Source: an uncultured Chloroflexia bacterium (GTDB lineage: Bacteria; Chloroflexota; Limnocylindria; Limnocylindrales; CSP1-4). Taken from it: a DNA stretch of 64,000 nt. The notes under the pieces are model-generated. The model was not told the DNA's origin. It ran no database searches and was given only the letters and a program-made list of their open reading frames with translations. Of this stretch, positions 62,441-64,000 are shown one piece after another (position 1 is the stretch's first letter; every line of letters begins with the position of its first letter). The stretch covers positions 1 through 64,000 of the forward strand of contig CAVVYR010000006.1 in NCBI GenBank assembly GCA_963752475.1, given 5' to 3'. The position numbers were made by a program, and so were the translations under genes.

Positions 62441-64000
62441 CTAGGCCAGCGGGATGAAGACGGCGACGTCGAGGATGATCAGCGCGAACAGCGCCGTCAG
62501 GTAGGTGATCGAGAACTTGTACATCTTGACCGCACGCGCGTCCGTGCCCTCGCGGGCCATGGCGAAGGCCTGGAACAGGAAGAGCCCGCCCAGCACCAGC
62601 GCGCCACCCAGGAACAGCAGCCCCATCTCGGCGATGGCGAAGAAGATCAGGGTGAGCGCGACCATCAGCACCGAGTAGAGCGCGATCTCCTGCGTCGTCC
62701 GCTTCACGCCGTGTGTCACCGGCAGCATGGGCACGTTGGCGGCCTTGTAGTCGTCCTTGATGCGCAGTGCCAGCGCCCAGAAGTGTGGCGGCGTCCAGTA
62801 GAAGACGATGAGGAAGAGGAACACCGCCGGCAGCGCGATGTTGCCCGTGACCGCGGCCCAGCCGATCATCGGGGGCAACGCCCCGGCCGCTCCGCCGATG
62901 ACGATGTTCTGCGGCGTCGAGCGCTTGAGCAGCAGCGTGTAGACGATGACGTAGAAGGCGATGGCCAGGAGCGCGAGGAAGGCCGCCACGAGGTTGGTCG
63001 TGAAGGCCAGCCAGGTGAACGAAACGACCGTGAGGACGAGTCCGAAGAGGAGTGCGTCCTGCGGCTCGATCGAGTGCGCCGGCAGTGGCCGACGCTGCGT
63101 CCGCACCATGAGCATGTCGATGTCGCGGTCGATGTAGTTGTTGATGGCGTTGGCGGCGCCCGCGGCCACCGAGCCACCGATGAGCGTGGCGATGACGAGC
63201 CACGTGAACTCCGCCGGCGAGATGCCCTCGGTGAAGCGCCAGGCGAGGACCATCGCGGGCACGGTCGTGACCAGCAGCAGCTCGATGATGCGCGGCTTGG
63301 TCAGCGCGATGTAGGCACGCGCCTTGGCGCGGAAGGGTACGGCGTTGGAGACAGGCTCGGCCGGGCTGTCAGATGGCCCGGCAGCGGCCTCGACCTCGTC
63401 CAGGAGCTCGCCGTTCGCTGGAGCGACCTCGCCCACGCGAGCGTCGTACCAGGCGTAGAGCGTGCCTGCAGCCATCAGGCCCCAGATGGCACCACCGAGC
63501 GCGAGGTGTGCGGAGACGGCCCAAGCCGCCAGCGTGGTCCAGATCTGGAAGGCGCCGACCACGACCTGCACGACGTATAGCGCGGCTGCGGTGCCGACGA
63601 GGCTGAAGAGCCGGTTGGCCGACGCCGACCGGGCTTCACCCTCTGACGCGGCGTCTCGGGCCGCACGCCAGGTCACGATCGTGGCCCAGAGCATGATCAG
63701 GCCCACGATGGCAGCCACGATGCGATGCGCGAAGTGGTGCATCTGGAGTAGCGCCGCGTCAGGGTTCTCGTTCCAGGTGGGGATGAGCTGGCCGTCGAAC
63801 AGCGGCCAGTCGGGGAAGACGAGCGAGGCGGCATTCACGGTCACGTTGGAGCCGAACAGCATCAGCACGTAGATCGAGGCCGCGGCGAACGCGACGATGA
63901 GCGTCATGCGCTGGGAGCCGCCACCCATGGGCAGCTCGACCGGGTAGCGCGAGCGGACGAAGACGAAGATGGCCGCGCCCAGCAGGATCATCGAGGTCGC
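62441..64000 (-). CDS. ctaB: CtaA(COX15)-like / heme o synthase fusion, 5'-partial
   Basis: N-part has DWPL, HFAHR and H..L. C-part has LTKPRI, DRDID.LM.RT..RPL, NIVIGG and WTPPHFWAL. Confidence 0.9.
   Translation of the reverse strand, partial: ATSMILLGAAIFVFVRSRYPVELPMGGGSQRMTLIVAFAAASIYVLMLFGSNVTVNAASLVFPDWPLFDGQLIPTWNENPDAALLQMHHFAHRIVAAIVGLIMLWATIVTWRAARDAASEGEARSASANRLFSLVGTAAALYVVQVVVGAFQIWTTLAAWAVSAHLALGGAIWGLMAAGTLYAWYDARVGEVAPANGELLDEVEAAAGPSDSPAEPVSNAVPFRAKARAYIALTKPRIIELLLVTTVPAMVLAWRFTEGISPAEFTWLVIATLIGGSVAAGAANAINNYIDRDIDMLMVRTQRRPLPAHSIEPQDALLFGLVLTVVSFTWLAFTTNLVAAFLALLAIAFYVIVYTLLLKRSTPQNIVIGGAAGALPPMIGWAAVTGNIALPAVFLFLIVFYWTPPHFWALALRIKDDYKAANVPMLPVTHGVKRTTQEIALYSVLMVALTLIFFAIAEMGLLFLGGALVLGGLFLFQAFAMAREGTDARAVKMYKFSITYLTALFALIILDVAVFIPLA

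Overview
This is a very GC-rich bacterial chromosomal window. Gene content and style suggest Chloroflexota or an actinobacteria-like lineage (inference). Core content includes a 7-gene Mrp Na+/H+ antiporter operon, flavodoxin, an A1-type cytochrome c oxidase cluster with assembly factors, pyk, thrC, xylA, an initiator tRNA-Met, and many transporters and hydrolases. The most unusual features are as follows. (1) An IS110 element sits exactly in the ATGA stop/start overlap of an ABC-transporter operon. An antisense ORF starts at the host ATG, spans the whole element and ends in a new GTGA overlap with an element-supplied SD, apparently rebuilding translational coupling. Its non-coding end carries recognisable bridge-RNA guide segments for donor and target. 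(2) A LacI-linked operon encodes a GDP-mannose-3,5-epimerase-like enzyme, a GHMP-like kinase and a nucleotidyltransferase. Its operator also occurs upstream of a class II aldolase, suggesting a Leloir-like L-sugar pathway. (3) A 2.4-kb transposase-free cassette with about 73-bp inverted termini (each containing a 42-bp palindrome) and a candidate 8-bp target duplication carries a secreted HExxH protein next to tRNA-Met. (4) There are several short duplicated gene ends, tandem repeats and REP-like repeats. At least six single-base frameshifts in otherwise intact genes suggest assembly indels. All calls come from reading the sequence by eye; no database searches were run.
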